A stretch of 64,000 bases of DNA from Torpedo marmorata (Eukaryota), in contig OZ360219.1 of the NCBI GenBank assembly GCA_977017645.1, forward strand, positions 289,416,001 to 289,480,000, read 5' to 3'. A model generated the notes under the pieces. The model had not been told where the DNA came from. It searched no databases and saw only the letters and a list, made by a program, of their open reading frames with translations. Position numbers and translations under genes: made by a program. Positions 63,718-64,000 of the stretch are shown here, piece by piece (the stretch's first letter is position 1; each line of letters starts with the position of its first letter).

Positions 63718-64000
63718 ATAGATTTCAGATTTATTGTCAGAGTACATACATGACATCACATACAACCATCATATTCTTTTTCTGCAGGCGAGGAAGAATG
63801 ACCACTTATTGGTAGTGCAAAAAAAAACTACGCAGCATATACATTTAAACAAACAAAAGAACTGTAAACAGATAACGAATGTAAACAAACTGACTGTGCA
63901 ATACAGTGAGAATAAAAAAAATCAAAAAAGTGCACAAGTAAGAGTCCTTAAATGAGTCCCTGATTGAGTTTGTTGTTGAGAAGTCTGATGGTGGAGGGGT
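63718..64000 (-). mobile_element. Rex1/Babar-like LINE 3' end, continues past the window
   Basis: Reverse complement of the 49545-49799 tail (agatttcagatttattgtcagagtacatac...). Confidence 0.82.

Overview
Eukaryotic vertebrate genomic DNA, most likely from a cartilaginous fish (inferred from the repeat landscape and the protein sequence). The window holds most of an FGFR3 gene on the minus strand: 15 coding exons from the first IgII exon (44941-45110) to the stop codon (2763), including both mutually exclusive IgIII exons (IIIb, IIIc). All exons have GT-AG boundaries and phases that join into one open frame. A ~2.5 kb 3'UTR follows, with a poly(A) signal near 224-229. I found no signal-peptide, IgI or acid-box exon, so these probably lie beyond 64000. 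The introns are dense with CR1, Rex/Babar-like and L1/Tx1 LINE pieces, tRNA-derived SINEs, DNA-transposon MITEs, a 1.9 kb satellite, and Penelope-like GIY-YIG retroelements. Most notable: (i) a family of Penelope-like elements and miniature fold-back derivatives carrying minimal hammerhead-ribozyme motifs and ~14 bp target-site duplications; (ii) the non-canonical /GA 5' splice site (VT insert) after the transmembrane exon; (iii) the intact IIIb/IIIc cassette; (iv) a 59-nt hairpin in the 3'UTR. No prokaryotic systems or CRISPR arrays are present. All calls are by eye; TE boundaries without TSDs are approximate.
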